Source of the DNA: Candidatus Enterousia sp.
Lineage (GTDB): Bacteria; Pseudomonadota; Alphaproteobacteria; Rs-D84
Reading direction: 5' to 3'
Length of the DNA: 64,000 nucleotides
Assembly (NCBI GenBank): GCA_045613925.1
Contig: JAZLBV010000011.1
Location: 73,632-137,631, forward strand
Position numbers and translations under genes: made by a program. The notes below the pieces were generated by a model. That model had not been told where the DNA came from. It saw only the letters and a program-made list of their open reading frames with translations, and did not search any database. This document shows, one piece after another, positions 37,847-48,592 of this stretch (its first letter is position 1; each line of letters starts with the position of its first letter).

Positions 37847-38998
37847 TTATCTGATGTTTTCTTTTAATAGCATAATACGGTTATAAGATTCACGGATTCT
37901 GGATCTTTTGATTTTGCCATTATGAACAAGGTTCACTATTGTTTTATTAACGTCGCGACCACGATTTTGATCAAAAGTCAAATTATTTCCGAAAACCAAG
38001 ATATCATTACCTGCGTTAATAGCAAGTTCGATTGCTTTTTCAAATCCGTACTCGTTGGCTATGGCGCCCATATCCATATCATCAGAAACTATGACACCAT
38101 TGAATCCCATATCGCGAACCATTTGAATTGTTTTTTTAGATAGTGATGCGGGCAGGGTATCAAAGTTATTATTTATGACGTGCGCAACCATTACCATAGT
38201 ATATGGTGATGCGTCTTTTAACAAATCACGCCATGGATTTAATTCATAATCTTGGTATGTGTTTGTGATATCTGTAATTCCAGCATGTGTATCGCCACCA
38301 GCGGAACCATGTCCCGGAAAATGTTTAAAAGAATATGCAATATGTGCGTCCGCAAGACCATTTGCAAACGCGCGCCCGTGTTCCGCAACAATTTTTGGGT
38401 CTGATGAAAAACTTCTGTCTTTGGCACCGATTGCAGGGGATTGTGGATTTACATTAACATCCAGTAATGGTGCAAAATCGACATTTATACCCAAGTTTCC
38501 CAGACGATTTCCTAAATTATATGCGGTATTATATGTTGTTTTAGTATCGCCACGACCAAGTTCTGCCGCAGATGGAATAGGTGTAAAACCGTGTTCTTGT
38601 TTCAGACGTTGTATGTTGCCGCCTTCTTGGTCAACAGCAATTAATAATTTTTTTGGTGCCTTTGATTGTAATTGTTCAGTTAATTCTTTGACCTGGGTTG
38701 TGTTTTTGATGTTTGAAGAAAAGATTTGTTTTTTTGCCTGTACTATGTCCATACCCTGGGCCAACAGTCCTGAAACATCCACATCAAACAAGATAACACC
38801 ACCAATTTGTCCGCGTGATATTTGTTCGCTAATAGCAGCAAAATTTTCTGAATTTTCGTCAGTACCATCCCCGTGAAATCCGGTCATTATCATTTGACCG
38901 ATCATTTGTTCAAGTTTCTTTTCTGAATATCTGTGAATACCCAGTCCGATTAAAATGATTAGTATCAGTGTAATGGATGCGATAATAAATCTTTTCAT
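37847..38998 (-). CDS. nagZ: beta-N-acetylhexosaminidase (GH3)
   Basis: GH3 signatures KHFPGHGSAGGDTH and GFNGVIVSDDMDMGA. N-terminal signal/TM. Confidence 0.75.
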   Translation of the reverse strand: MKRFIIASITLILIILIGLGIHRYSEKKLEQMIGQMIMTGFHGDGTDENSENFAAISEQISRGQIGGVILFDVDVSGLLAQGMDIVQAKKQIFSSNIKNTTQVKELTEQLQSKAPKKLLIAVDQEGGNIQRLKQEHGFTPIPSAAELGRGDTKTTYNTAYNLGNRLGNLGINVDFAPLLDVNVNPQSPAIGAKDRSFSSDPKIVAEHGRAFANGLADAHIAYSFKHFPGHGSAGGDTHAGITDITNTYQDYELNPWRDLLKDASPYTMVMVAHVINNNFDTLPASLSKKTIQMVRDMGFNGVIVSDDMDMGAIANEYGFEKAIELAINAGNDILVFGNNLTFDQNRGRDVNKTIVNLVHNGKIKRSRIRESYNRIMLLKENIR

Positions 38999-39004
38999 AT
39001 TGAA

Positions 39005-40633
39005 TTATTCTTCTATTTCAACGCTGTCTATGTATTTGCGAGATATAGATTCTGGTTTTGCAGATTCAAATTCTGGATTTGATATTGTTTGGCGGTCTTC
39101 GTCTGGAATATAAACAGTTGTAGAATCCTGTTTTATTTTGTCTGCAGATTTTGGTTTTACGTACCCAGAACCTATGATTTTAGTTTTATATTTTGGGTTG
39201 TTGCGTAATTCCTGGGGGATGTTTATATAATCGCCAGGGTCAATTCCATATGAAGAGATGCGTTTCGCCGGAACAGTACTAAGGTTGTTTTTGTGTATAT
39301 TATAAATCGGAACAATAAAGTTGTCTGGCGCATCCTGGATAGTGTGTGGGGTTGATGTGCCGTCAAGTTCTACTATGCGCAAGGCGCGTTCAGGTGTACC
39401 GTCTGGTTGAATACGGAAGATACCAGTTGTGCCCACATATCCGTTTGGATCAAAGAAATATGATGGACCGTCTTTTTGTGAATATATCATTCCTAATGCC
39501 AAATTTGCAGCATCATATCCAATCGCCGCTAAATAATCGGGATCTTTGCCACCAACCATATTAAATAAACTTACAAAATTATCAGAAATGTTAGGCAATG
39601 CAGCGTATTGTGCACCAGACATAGTGAAATCTGATGCTATGTCTGAATTTTGCCAAAGAGTTGTTCCATAAAAATCTACGTCGCGATTGCCGACACCATA
39701 ATAACGCAGAAATGATGCCAATGTTTTTGAATCATCGCCATTGCCCAAGAATAAAACCCCGTCATATGGTAAATCCCCAAGTGTTTCTGTGCGCGATATT
39801 CTGTCCAGTTGTGCGTTTATATTCTTTCTTTGATATGTTGTTAATTGTTCGTTGATTAAAATATCAGATAAAACTTCGCGGGCACGATTGTTTACTGCTG
39901 TACGCACACTGTGTAAAGCGGCGTTTTGTGATACGTTCTTTATGGAATCTGAATTACCAGAATCATAATAGAATATTCCACGTACAGGAACATCATAAAT
40001 GTCGGCAGCAACATCTGCCACAGATGTCATTAATTGACCAGATTTATCATCAGGTGCAAAGATAACTATGCCGCGTTGAGTTTTATTTTTGATTTGGCGC
40101 ATAATTGTTTCTATGCTTTGTGTTGGAATTAAATTTACAGTCATAACCCCATCACCCAACGATTGTGTGTCAGATGTGAACGATATAACAGGTAAATATG
40201 ATGGTTTCAAATCATTTATGATTTTTGTGTCTTCGGCAAAGATTGGCCCTAAAACTACGTCAGGATTTGTGTTCAAGACATCACGTATCGTGTCAAATTT
40301 TTGTTCTGAATTGCCAGACAAATCATAAAAAGATATTCGTACGTTTGTTTTAGGTTTTCTTAAGAATGCAGTTTCTATGGATGTTTTTATGTCATTACCT
40401 GCGGTTTTTGCGGCGCCAGACATAGGTAATAACACGGCGATACGTGCATTTGGACCGCCGTCATCAGAACCATAAATTGATGTGGATTGCAGAAAGCTTT
40501 CTTGGACATCCACAGGATTTGATGTTGCGGCAGTATTATAACCGCTGTAGCTAGTATCGTATTTATCTACGCCACCACAGCCCGCCAATATTGCAGTTAA
40601 ACCAAAGAAAAGTAAAAATTTTTTTATGGACAT
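39005..40633 (-). CDS. periplasmic-binding-fold lipoprotein, LpoA-like penicillin-binding-protein activator candidate
   Basis: Lipobox LAGCGG and a type I PBP-like domain. Divergent from rsmI, as lpoA (yraM) is from rsmI (yraL) in E. coli. Confidence 0.5.
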   Translation of the reverse strand: MSIKKFLLFFGLTAILAGCGGVDKYDTSYSGYNTAATSNPVDVQESFLQSTSIYGSDDGGPNARIAVLLPMSGAAKTAGNDIKTSIETAFLRKPKTNVRISFYDLSGNSEQKFDTIRDVLNTNPDVVLGPIFAEDTKIINDLKPSYLPVISFTSDTQSLGDGVMTVNLIPTQSIETIMRQIKNKTQRGIVIFAPDDKSGQLMTSVADVAADIYDVPVRGIFYYDSGNSDSIKNVSQNAALHSVRTAVNNRAREVLSDILINEQLTTYQRKNINAQLDRISRTETLGDLPYDGVLFLGNGDDSKTLASFLRYYGVGNRDVDFYGTTLWQNSDIASDFTMSGAQYAALPNISDNFVSLFNMVGGKDPDYLAAIGYDAANLALGMIYSQKDGPSYFFDPNGYVGTTGIFRIQPDGTPERALRIVELDGTSTPHTIQDAPDNFIVPIYNIHKNNLSTVPAKRISSYGIDPGDYINIPQELRNNPKYKTKIIGSGYVKPKSADKIKQDSTTVYIPDEDRQTISNPEFESAKPESISRKYIDSVEIEE

Positions 40634-40683
40634 TGAAAAACCTATTTTTTATATGCTATTATTTTACTACAAAAGGATTCAAA

Positions 40684-41472
40684 ATGCAATCAGGGCTTTA
40701 CATAGTTGGAACACCAATTGGAAATTTATCTGATATGTCGCCGCGTGCCGTGGAAATTCTGCAAAATGTTGATTTAGTTGCGGCTGAAGATACGCGTGTG
40801 TTTTCTAAATTGGCAAAACATTTTAATATTAAAACGAAAGTTATTTCGTGCCACGAACACAACGAACGCGAAGTTGTAGATTCTTTGGTTGAAAAAATGC
40901 AATCTGGTATGGCAATTGCAACTGTATCTGATGCGGGTATGCCGGGGATAAGCGATCCGGGATTTCGTTTAATTCGTGCCGCACGTTTGGCAAATGTTCC
41001 TGTGTTTGTTGTTCCGGGCCCAACTGCCGTCATATCTGCGCTGTGTTTGTCCGGGTTCCCAACGGACAGATTTACGTTCTGTGGTTTTTTTGATGAAAAG
41101 AAAGTTCGTGATGATAACAAGATTCGTCATACTATTGTTTATTATGAAAGTCCGAATCGGATTATGGATACGATTAAAACATTGGCGATGGTTATGCCTG
41201 AACGTCAGATTGCGATTGTTCGTGAAATTACAAAAATTTATGAACAGACGATTATTGGTTATCCTGCGGATTTATTAAATATAGAACCGCCACGTGGTGA
41301 AATTGTTATTGTGGTTGCACCGGCGCCTGAAAAGAAAATGTCAGATGCAGAAATAAGTGAAATCGTTAATGATGTCGTTGCAAATTCTACAAAATCTGCA
41401 GCGGCTCAATTGGCGGCACGTGCCGGGATTTCAAAAAAAGAAGCATATAAAAAATTAGTGGATAAAAAATGA
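40684..41472 (+). CDS. rsmI: 16S rRNA (cytidine1402-2-prime-O)-methyltransferase RsmI
   Basis: LYIVGTPIGNLSDMSPRAVEIL tetrapyrrole-methylase-fold N-terminus. ATG at 40684. Confidence 0.85.
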   Translation: MQSGLYIVGTPIGNLSDMSPRAVEILQNVDLVAAEDTRVFSKLAKHFNIKTKVISCHEHNEREVVDSLVEKMQSGMAIATVSDAGMPGISDPGFRLIRAARLANVPVFVVPGPTAVISALCLSGFPTDRFTFCGFFDEKKVRDDNKIRHTIVYYESPNRIMDTIKTLAMVMPERQIAIVREITKIYEQTIIGYPADLLNIEPPRGEIVIVVAPAPEKKMSDAEISEIVNDVVANSTKSAAAQLAARAGISKKEAYKKLVDKK

Positions 41473-42023
41473 TAAAATTTGTTGGTTCTTTTGAAACTGT
41501 TAAATCTTTGCCAAATACACAATTCGCAGAATACGCTTTTGTTGGGCGCAGTAATGTTGGTAAATCATCGCTTATTAACGCAGTTGTTCAGGAAAAAATT
41601 GCACGGACATCTAATACGCCTGGACGGACACAAAGTCTGAATTTGTTTAATTTGGACGATAAAACTATGATTGTAGATTTGCCAGGTTATGGTTATGCGC
41701 GTGTGTCAAAGGTAGAAGCAGTGCGCTGGTTGAATCGATTAGAAGAGTATTTGTTAAATCGTTCACAATTACGCCGGCTTTTTATTTTAATAGATTCACG
41801 TATTGGCGTAAAAGATTCTGATTTGGATTTAATGAATTTTTGTGATGAAAATGGAATTTGTTATCAGATTGTTTATACCAAGAAAGATAAACGTGTACGA
41901 GAATTAACGCAACAAAAAATATCTCATGAAATTCATCCTGCAATGGTTGAACAAGTTTTAGAAACATCTGCAGAAAAAAAATCTGGATTGGAAGAATTAA
42001 GAGAAATTATCGGTGTCAAATAG
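41469..42023 (+). CDS. engB: ribosome biogenesis GTP-binding protein YsxC/EngB
   Basis: G1 GRSNVGKSS and G3 DLPGYG motifs. Confidence 0.85.
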   Translation: MIKFVGSFETVKSLPNTQFAEYAFVGRSNVGKSSLINAVVQEKIARTSNTPGRTQSLNLFNLDDKTMIVDLPGYGYARVSKVEAVRWLNRLEEYLLNRSQLRRLFILIDSRIGVKDSDLDLMNFCDENGICYQIVYTKKDKRVRELTQQKISHEIHPAMVEQVLETSAEKKSGLEELREIIGVK

Positions 42024-44502
42024 AAATGTTTTTAATGTTTCAAATCCTGCGCATATACTAGATGCGTTGTGGAATATGATTGCACCATATTCTGATGATT
42101 TTTCAAACGTGTTGATTTTTTTGCCTTCGCGGCGCGCTGTTCGAAGTGTTGAACGGATGATTGTTGAAAAAACAGGGCACGCAGTTATTTTGCCTAATTT
42201 GATACCGTTGGGGACTGGGGTTGAAGATAGTGAAGATGATGATTTGGTAAACGATGTAATTTCTAACCAGGAACGGATTATAATTTTATCAAAGTTATTA
42301 TCGGCGGATGCAAATGTTAAAAATATTTCAACCGCATTGCCGTTGGCACGTGATTTTATTCGTATGCAAGATTATTTGAATAACGAAGGTGTTGATATTA
42401 ATAACATAAATTGGTCAGAGATAATAGATGACAAATATGCCGTTCATTTTCAAAATAAAGCCAGAATCTTAGATATATTAAAACAATTACCAAATGATAG
42501 ATTAACAACTACGCAAAAACGTAATGATGATATAAGGGCGTGGATAAAAAAGTTGAACGAATATGATTTGGTTGTTGTGTGTGGTTCGACTGCGTCTGTG
42601 CCGGCGACTGCGGATTTAATGTGTGAAATTGCCGTGCGCGAAAATGGGCGGATTATTTTATCTGGGAAAATATCTGGGCTGGTGCAAGATTTTGTTTTAG
42701 ATACAAATCCATATAATGCAGAATATAAATTTTTACAAAGACTGGGTGTGGATGTTGCGGATGTTCAAACTATAAATGTTGGGCAAAGTGAAGTTATAGA
42801 TATTATGAATATGGCGTTTGGTAATACCGGGGCGCGTGTTGATAAAATTTTAGATAATTGCACGTTGATAGAATGTGCGCGTGAAAGTGAAGAGGCTGCG
42901 ACAGTTGCACAAATAACAAAACAAGCATTAAAGAAACATAAATCTGTGTTAGTCATTACGCCAGATGCTGCCGCTAATCAACGAATAAAAACAGAGATGT
43001 TGCGTGCATCAGTTGATGCAGATTTTTCTTCTGGCCTTTCTGGTAATATGACAGATTTGGGGCGGGCGATACTAAATTTGTTTGATATGTGGGCCACCGA
43101 TTTAAAATTTGAATTTGAACACAGATACGTTGAAGCTGGATATAATATTTTTGATATGCTGGTTAAATATATTGATGAAAGTGATGATAATGTTTTCCAA
43201 CCAAATTTTCAGATTGAAAATGAGGCTGATTTTGCAATCTGGGAAAGTATAAAAAATATGTCAGATGTATTATGCAGAAACAATATAAGGCTGAATATAT
43301 ATGATGTTCGTGCGTTTGTTTTAGATACGATTAGTTGCGTTTCAATTCGGTCTGAAAAGCGTGAAAATTGCAAAGTTTGTGTTCTGGGAACCATAGAATC
43401 ACGTATGCAGGTTGCAGATGTTGTTATATTAACCGGTCTTAATGAAGGAATGTTTCCATCTATTGGTTATGAAAATTCTTGGTTGCCACATAAGGTTGCA
43501 GAAAATATAGGTTTGCCGTCCCCAAATAGAAAGGTTTCTTTGATGGCTTTGGATTTTATGAATTTATCGTGTTGCGATAATGTTTATTGGTTGCGTTCAA
43601 AGCAATCAGGGGGCGCTTTGACAATAGAATCTAGGTTTTTATCACGTGTACGTGTTTGTGTTGGTAATATAAAAAATGGGGATGATATTTTACAATCTGT
43701 GCGTAAAGTAGATGATGTTGAATATAACCCACTTGATTATTCTGCGCCAACGCCACCAATTGATAAAAGTGATGTTTATGTAACAGAACTTGAATTATTA
43801 ATTCATAATCCATATGCATTTTATGCAAAGCATATTTTAAAATTGCGACCAGTTGATGATTACTGGGTTTTACCAGATGCACGAAATTTTGGAATATTGG
43901 TACACGATGTTATTGAAAATGCAACTGATTTTAATTCTGAGAATTTAATAAAAGAAATGGATTTGCGTGCGAAACAAATTTTACAGAAAGATTCTATATT
44001 ATTTTATTTTTGGCATAAACGTTTTTGTGAAATTGCCCAATTTGTAGAAGACTATTTAAAAAACAAATCTATTAAATATAAAGAAATTTTGGGGTCTGTG
44101 AATATTGCTGGACGTAATGTGCGGGCGCGTGCCGATTTAATTTGGGATGGTGTTGTTATGGATATTAAAACAGGTGCGGCACCAAGTAAAAGTCAATTGT
44201 TGGATGGAACTATGCCACAATTAGCGTTGGAAGGTTATATTATGCAATCTGGCGGTTTTCCTATAAAAATGAAAAATGTTTCGATAACACCTGTTTTACA
44301 GTTTTTACAGTTAAAAAATGGGGATTTGGATTTAATTGAATATCGTGATGATGTCGCACAAAATATGATTGATAACACTGTGCAAAAAGTTAAAGAATTA
44401 TTCGGGCAATATAGTGGCGATAAAGTTGCGGTATACGAATACCGCGAAAGCGTGGGGGCTAAATATCACGAATGGGATGATTTAGCACGTGTCGACGATT
44501 AA
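42013..44502 (+). CDS. AddB-like PD-(D/E)XK nuclease family protein
   Basis: C-terminal RecB-type nuclease motif (DLIWDGVVMDIKTG). No AddA-like helicase gene is adjacent. Confidence 0.5.
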   Translation: MSNRNVFNVSNPAHILDALWNMIAPYSDDFSNVLIFLPSRRAVRSVERMIVEKTGHAVILPNLIPLGTGVEDSEDDDLVNDVISNQERIIILSKLLSADANVKNISTALPLARDFIRMQDYLNNEGVDINNINWSEIIDDKYAVHFQNKARILDILKQLPNDRLTTTQKRNDDIRAWIKKLNEYDLVVVCGSTASVPATADLMCEIAVRENGRIILSGKISGLVQDFVLDTNPYNAEYKFLQRLGVDVADVQTINVGQSEVIDIMNMAFGNTGARVDKILDNCTLIECARESEEAATVAQITKQALKKHKSVLVITPDAAANQRIKTEMLRASVDADFSSGLSGNMTDLGRAILNLFDMWATDLKFEFEHRYVEAGYNIFDMLVKYIDESDDNVFQPNFQIENEADFAIWESIKNMSDVLCRNNIRLNIYDVRAFVLDTISCVSIRSEKRENCKVCVLGTIESRMQVADVVILTGLNEGMFPSIGYENSWLPHKVAENIGLPSPNRKVSLMALDFMNLSCCDNVYWLRSKQSGGALTIESRFLSRVRVCVGNIKNGDDILQSVRKVDDVEYNPLDYSAPTPPIDKSDVYVTELELLIHNPYAFYAKHILKLRPVDDYWVLPDARNFGILVHDVIENATDFNSENLIKEMDLRAKQILQKDSILFYFWHKRFCEIAQFVEDYLKNKSIKYKEILGSVNIAGRNVRARADLIWDGVVMDIKTGAAPSKSQLLDGTMPQLALEGYIMQSGGFPIKMKNVSITPVLQFLQLKNGDLDLIEYRDDVAQNMIDNTVQKVKELFGQYSGDKVAVYEYRESVGAKYHEWDDLARVDD

Positions 44503-45272
44503 TCTTTGATTTCTAGCATTAACCCACAATGATCTGTTGGCTTTTCAGCAAGGCGTGGATTTTTATCTATCTCGCAATTTTTTATCATTTTTTTTGCGGT
44601 TTTATTACAAAGAAAATAATCAAGACGAAGTCCCTGGTTGTTGCCAACTGTGTCGCGACCACGATAACCATACCAAGTATAATCATTTTCGTCTGGGTGT
44701 AATGTTCGCCATGCATCTGTCCAACCCATTGACAACCATTGATTCATAATGTCGCGTGCCGCAGGTGCAGAGATAGATGAACCAATATAATTTTTCGGGT
44801 TCCAAATATCATTATCAGTAATTGCAACATTGAAATCGCCACCTATGATAACGGGTTCTTCGGAATCTGTGAATTGTTGAATATATTTTGTAAATGCATT
44901 CATCCAATCTAGTTTATAGAGAAATTTCGGAGAATCTTCGCTTTCGCCATTTGGCATATATACGTTTATCAGGCGGATATGCCCGTCAATTACGCATTCT
45001 AAGAAACGTGAATTTACATCGGGATATGTTGGTAGTCCCAATATAACATCTTCAATAGAGTTTTTGGAAAATGTTGCAACACCATTCCACGATTTCTGGC
45101 CGAAAACTTTGATATTATATCCATATTCATCCAATAGATTATATGGAAAATTGGCGGTTTCTACCTTTAATTCTTGGACCAAAATAGTGTCATATTCACT
45201 GTTGTGCAAAATATCCATAAAACTTTCGATATGGGCGCGGATAGAGTTTATATTTAATGTAAGAATTTTCAT
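44499..45272 (-). CDS. xth: exodeoxyribonuclease III
   Basis: MKILTLNINSIRA...QELK..., VIIGGDFNV, WRTLHP, YTWYG motifs (EEP fold). Confidence 0.85.
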   Translation of the reverse strand: MKILTLNINSIRAHIESFMDILHNSEYDTILVQELKVETANFPYNLLDEYGYNIKVFGQKSWNGVATFSKNSIEDVILGLPTYPDVNSRFLECVIDGHIRLINVYMPNGESEDSPKFLYKLDWMNAFTKYIQQFTDSEEPVIIGGDFNVAITDNDIWNPKNYIGSSISAPAARDIMNQWLSMGWTDAWRTLHPDENDYTWYGYRGRDTVGNNQGLRLDYFLCNKTAKKMIKNCEIDKNPRLAEKPTDHCGLMLEIKD

Positions 45273-45341
45273 ATTTGCAATCTTTGTTTTTAATACTATA
45301 ATATACCCTGTCCAATATAAAAACAACAAGGATTTTATGTT

Positions 45342-46922
45342 ATGAACATGTATCAAGTGTTAGAGCGCGTGGTGGAAGAATCACCCGATGCTTTGTTTTT
45401 GGTACGCGAAAATATCAATTTTAAACAAGCATTGGATTTGATCAAAGCGCGCGTGGCCACTTTGTTCAAAGAGGGCATAAAACCAGGTGATGTTGTTGGA
45501 TTGTTGTCTCATAATATCCCCCAGTTTCCTATAACCCTTTTTGCAATTTGGTATTTGGGTGCGGCTGTTTTATTATTGGATACGAATTTAACACCGTTTG
45601 AATATGAAAATATGACCAAGACGGTTGGGTGTAAATTTGTTTGTGCTGAAAAATCTTTCTTTTTCAATACGAAAAATTTTAGATTTTTTGATATAGAAAC
45701 AGTTGATGGAAAAGCGAATCCAAAGTTAAAACCTGCTGATTTAAATGAAAATGATATTGCGACGTTGTCTTTTACATCTGGGTCAACTGGGACGCCAAAG
45801 GTTGTACCGTTAACACATGGAAATTTAAAAACATCTTCGGATGGTTATGCTGATATGGGGCAATGGATTCATAAAAATGAAATTATGTATGGATTTTTGC
45901 CACTTTATCATGTGTTTGGGTTTGCTGCGGGTATTTTGGCGCCTTTGCATTATCATATGGGGATTTTATTACAGCCTACGGTTAATCCGAAAAATATTTT
46001 GGGTGATTTTAAAACTTATCGCCCACATGTTATTCCTGCTGTGCCCCGATTGTACGAAGTTTTTCGTAATAAAATAATCGAAGGTATCAAAGAAAAACAT
46101 ATGTGGTGGTTTGTGTCTTTTGTGTTAAATCATCAAAAAATGCTTAAAAATATCGGTTTGGGTGGTTTAGTACGCAAGGTTCAGAAACCATTACAGAATA
46201 TTTTTGGTGGTCGTGTTAATTTGATGATTGCAGGTGGTGCTGCTACGAAACCAGAGGTGGAGAAATTCTATGAATCTTTGGGGATTACTTTTGTCCAGGG
46301 TTATGGTATGACAGAAACGGTTGGACCGTTTTGTTGTTCAAGACCAGCCAAAAATCGCGTTCCTTTTGCGTTTGGAACACCGGTTGGGTGTTCAGAATGC
46401 ACTATACGTGATATGGATGAAAGTGGTGTCGGAACACTTTGGGTGCGTGGGCCAAATATATTCAGGGGTTATTTGAATAATGAAGCTGCAAACCAGGAAT
46501 TATTTGATGATGATGGTTGGTTTAATACGGGGGATTTGGTGTATCTTGATAAAAACAAGCAATACCATTTCGCGGGTCGTAAGAAACAAGTTATCGTTTT
46601 GGATTCTGGGAAAAATGTGTATCCCGATGAATTAGAAGCGCTGTTCTTGGAAATTGAAGGCGTAAAAAATGTTGCTGTGTTTGAACACAAGGTTAAAGAT
46701 AAAACCGTTACATATGGTGTGTTTAGTGTTGAACCAGATATGACAATTGATAAATTAAGTGCTGAAATTGCCAAGGCAAATAAAAAAGTTGCATCGTATA
46801 AATGGGTGACACATTTTGCTATGACCACAGATGATTTGCCGACAACCACTACGCAAAAGGTTAAACATCATGTTGTGCGGCAGAATCTTATAGATGGTAA
46901 ATATCCAAATAAACACGAATAA
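45342..46922 (+). CDS. AMP-dependent synthetase/ligase, FadD-like (paralog 1 of 3)
   Basis: SFTSGSTGTPKVVPLTH (A3 motif), YGMTET, GDLVYLDKNKQYHFAGRKKQ, C-terminal QKVKHH lysine. Confidence 0.8.
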   Translation: MNMYQVLERVVEESPDALFLVRENINFKQALDLIKARVATLFKEGIKPGDVVGLLSHNIPQFPITLFAIWYLGAAVLLLDTNLTPFEYENMTKTVGCKFVCAEKSFFFNTKNFRFFDIETVDGKANPKLKPADLNENDIATLSFTSGSTGTPKVVPLTHGNLKTSSDGYADMGQWIHKNEIMYGFLPLYHVFGFAAGILAPLHYHMGILLQPTVNPKNILGDFKTYRPHVIPAVPRLYEVFRNKIIEGIKEKHMWWFVSFVLNHQKMLKNIGLGGLVRKVQKPLQNIFGGRVNLMIAGGAATKPEVEKFYESLGITFVQGYGMTETVGPFCCSRPAKNRVPFAFGTPVGCSECTIRDMDESGVGTLWVRGPNIFRGYLNNEAANQELFDDDGWFNTGDLVYLDKNKQYHFAGRKKQVIVLDSGKNVYPDELEALFLEIEGVKNVAVFEHKVKDKTVTYGVFSVEPDMTIDKLSAEIAKANKKVASYKWVTHFAMTTDDLPTTTTQKVKHHVVRQNLIDGKYPNKHE

Positions 46923-46956
46923 TTTAATGATAGTTAATATGAAAAAGGATGAAATT

Positions 46957-48537
46957 ATGAATATGTATGAATTATTACAAGAGATTATCAAAAAAAGTCC
47001 AAAAACTGTTTTCTTGGTGCGTGAAAATATAACATTTGAAGATTTTCCAAATTATATAAAAGCACGTGCAACAACTTTAAGGGATGCCGGGGTAAAACCA
47101 GGCGATACTGTTGGTTTGTTGTCGCATAATTTGCCTGAATTTATGTCAACTTTGTTTGCAATATGGTATTTGGGTGCACGTGTATTGTTGTTGGATACAA
47201 ATTTGACATCTATTGAATATGATAAAATGACAGAATTAACAAATTGTAAATTTGTTTGTGCTGAAAAATCTTTCTTTTATGAAGCTAAGAATTTTAAGTT
47301 CTTTGATATACAAACGAAAGATACAAAAACAGATAAATCTTTGAAACCGTATCCATTAAAGGGCGAAGATATTGCAACGCTTTCGTTTACATCTGGGTCA
47401 ACAGGTATTCCAAAGATTGTTCCGCTGACGCATCATAATTTAGTTTCTTGTTCTGAAAGTTTAGAAAGTTTAAATATCTTCTTGCGTCCTGGTGAAATGA
47501 TGTATGCGTTTTTACCGCTTTATCATGTGTTTGGGTTTGCGGTTGGATTTTTAGCGCCACTTCATTTTGGTATGGGGATTTTATTGCAATCTACGATTAA
47601 TCCAAATGCAATTTTGCAAGATTTTGCGACATATAAACCACATGTCATTCCTGCGGTGCCAAAGTTATGGGAAATTTTCCGTAAGAAGATTATTGATGGT
47701 GTCAAAGCAAAGAAAAAATGGGGATTGGTATCTTTCATTATGAACCATCAGAAACTTTTGCGTGCACTGGGGTTAGGTAAATTGGTTGATAAAGTTTTAA
47801 ATCAAATTCGGGCTATATTTGGTGGTCGTGCGCGTTGTTTGGTTGCGGGTGGTGCTGCCACAAAACCAGAGGTCGAAAAATTCTATACTCAATTGGGGAT
47901 GGATTTCGTCCAGGGTTATGGTATGACCGAAACTGTTGGACCAATCTGTTGTTCAAAGCCGGTTAAAAAACGTGTTGCGTACGCTTTTGGTGCGCCACTT
48001 GGGGAAAATTGCTGTGAAATTCGCAACAAAGACGAAGATGGTATCGGAATGTTGTGGGTGCGTGGCGATCAAGTGTTTGGTGGCTATTTGAATAATGATG
48101 AAGCCAACAAAGAATGTTTCGACAAAGACGGATTTTTCTGTACTGGTGATTTGGTATCTATTGATAAAAACGGTGAATATCATTTCGCAGGTCGTAAGAA
48201 ACAGGTTATCGTTTTGGATTCTGGGAAAAATGTGTATCCTGATGAATTAGAAGCTTTGTTCTTGGAAATCGATGGGGTAAAAAATGTCGCTGTGTTTGAA
48301 CACGAAGTTAATGGTAAAACCGTTGCATATGGCGTGTTTAGTGTTGAATCTGATATGACAATGGAAAAGTTGGCAGCAGCCATTGCAGAGCAAAACAAAA
48401 AAGTTGCATCTTATAAATGGGTGACGCATTTTGCGATGACTACGGATGATTTGCCGGTGACCAGTACTCAAAAAATAAAACATCACGTTGTTCGTCAATG
48501 GTTGATTGATGGTAAATATACACAAAGACACGAATAA
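46957..48537 (+). CDS. AMP-dependent synthetase/ligase, FadD-like (paralog 2 of 3)
   Basis: Same motif set (SFTSGSTGIPKIVPLTH). RBS AAAAAGGA before the ATG at 46957. Confidence 0.8.
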   Translation: MNMYELLQEIIKKSPKTVFLVRENITFEDFPNYIKARATTLRDAGVKPGDTVGLLSHNLPEFMSTLFAIWYLGARVLLLDTNLTSIEYDKMTELTNCKFVCAEKSFFYEAKNFKFFDIQTKDTKTDKSLKPYPLKGEDIATLSFTSGSTGIPKIVPLTHHNLVSCSESLESLNIFLRPGEMMYAFLPLYHVFGFAVGFLAPLHFGMGILLQSTINPNAILQDFATYKPHVIPAVPKLWEIFRKKIIDGVKAKKKWGLVSFIMNHQKLLRALGLGKLVDKVLNQIRAIFGGRARCLVAGGAATKPEVEKFYTQLGMDFVQGYGMTETVGPICCSKPVKKRVAYAFGAPLGENCCEIRNKDEDGIGMLWVRGDQVFGGYLNNDEANKECFDKDGFFCTGDLVSIDKNGEYHFAGRKKQVIVLDSGKNVYPDELEALFLEIDGVKNVAVFEHEVNGKTVAYGVFSVESDMTMEKLAAAIAEQNKKVASYKWVTHFAMTTDDLPVTSTQKIKHHVVRQWLIDGKYTQRHE

Positions 48538-48592
48538 TTAGTTTGCAGCATCAGTTTTTGGTGCTGCAATTTTGATAAAAAAGGATTGCATT

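Noticed and set aside
37274-37886. Four short ORFs (37274..37588, 37378..37575, 37479..37691, 37701..37886)
   Set aside because: They overlap tRNA-Tyr, tRNA-Gly and the structured non-coding region, and have no RBS or motifs.
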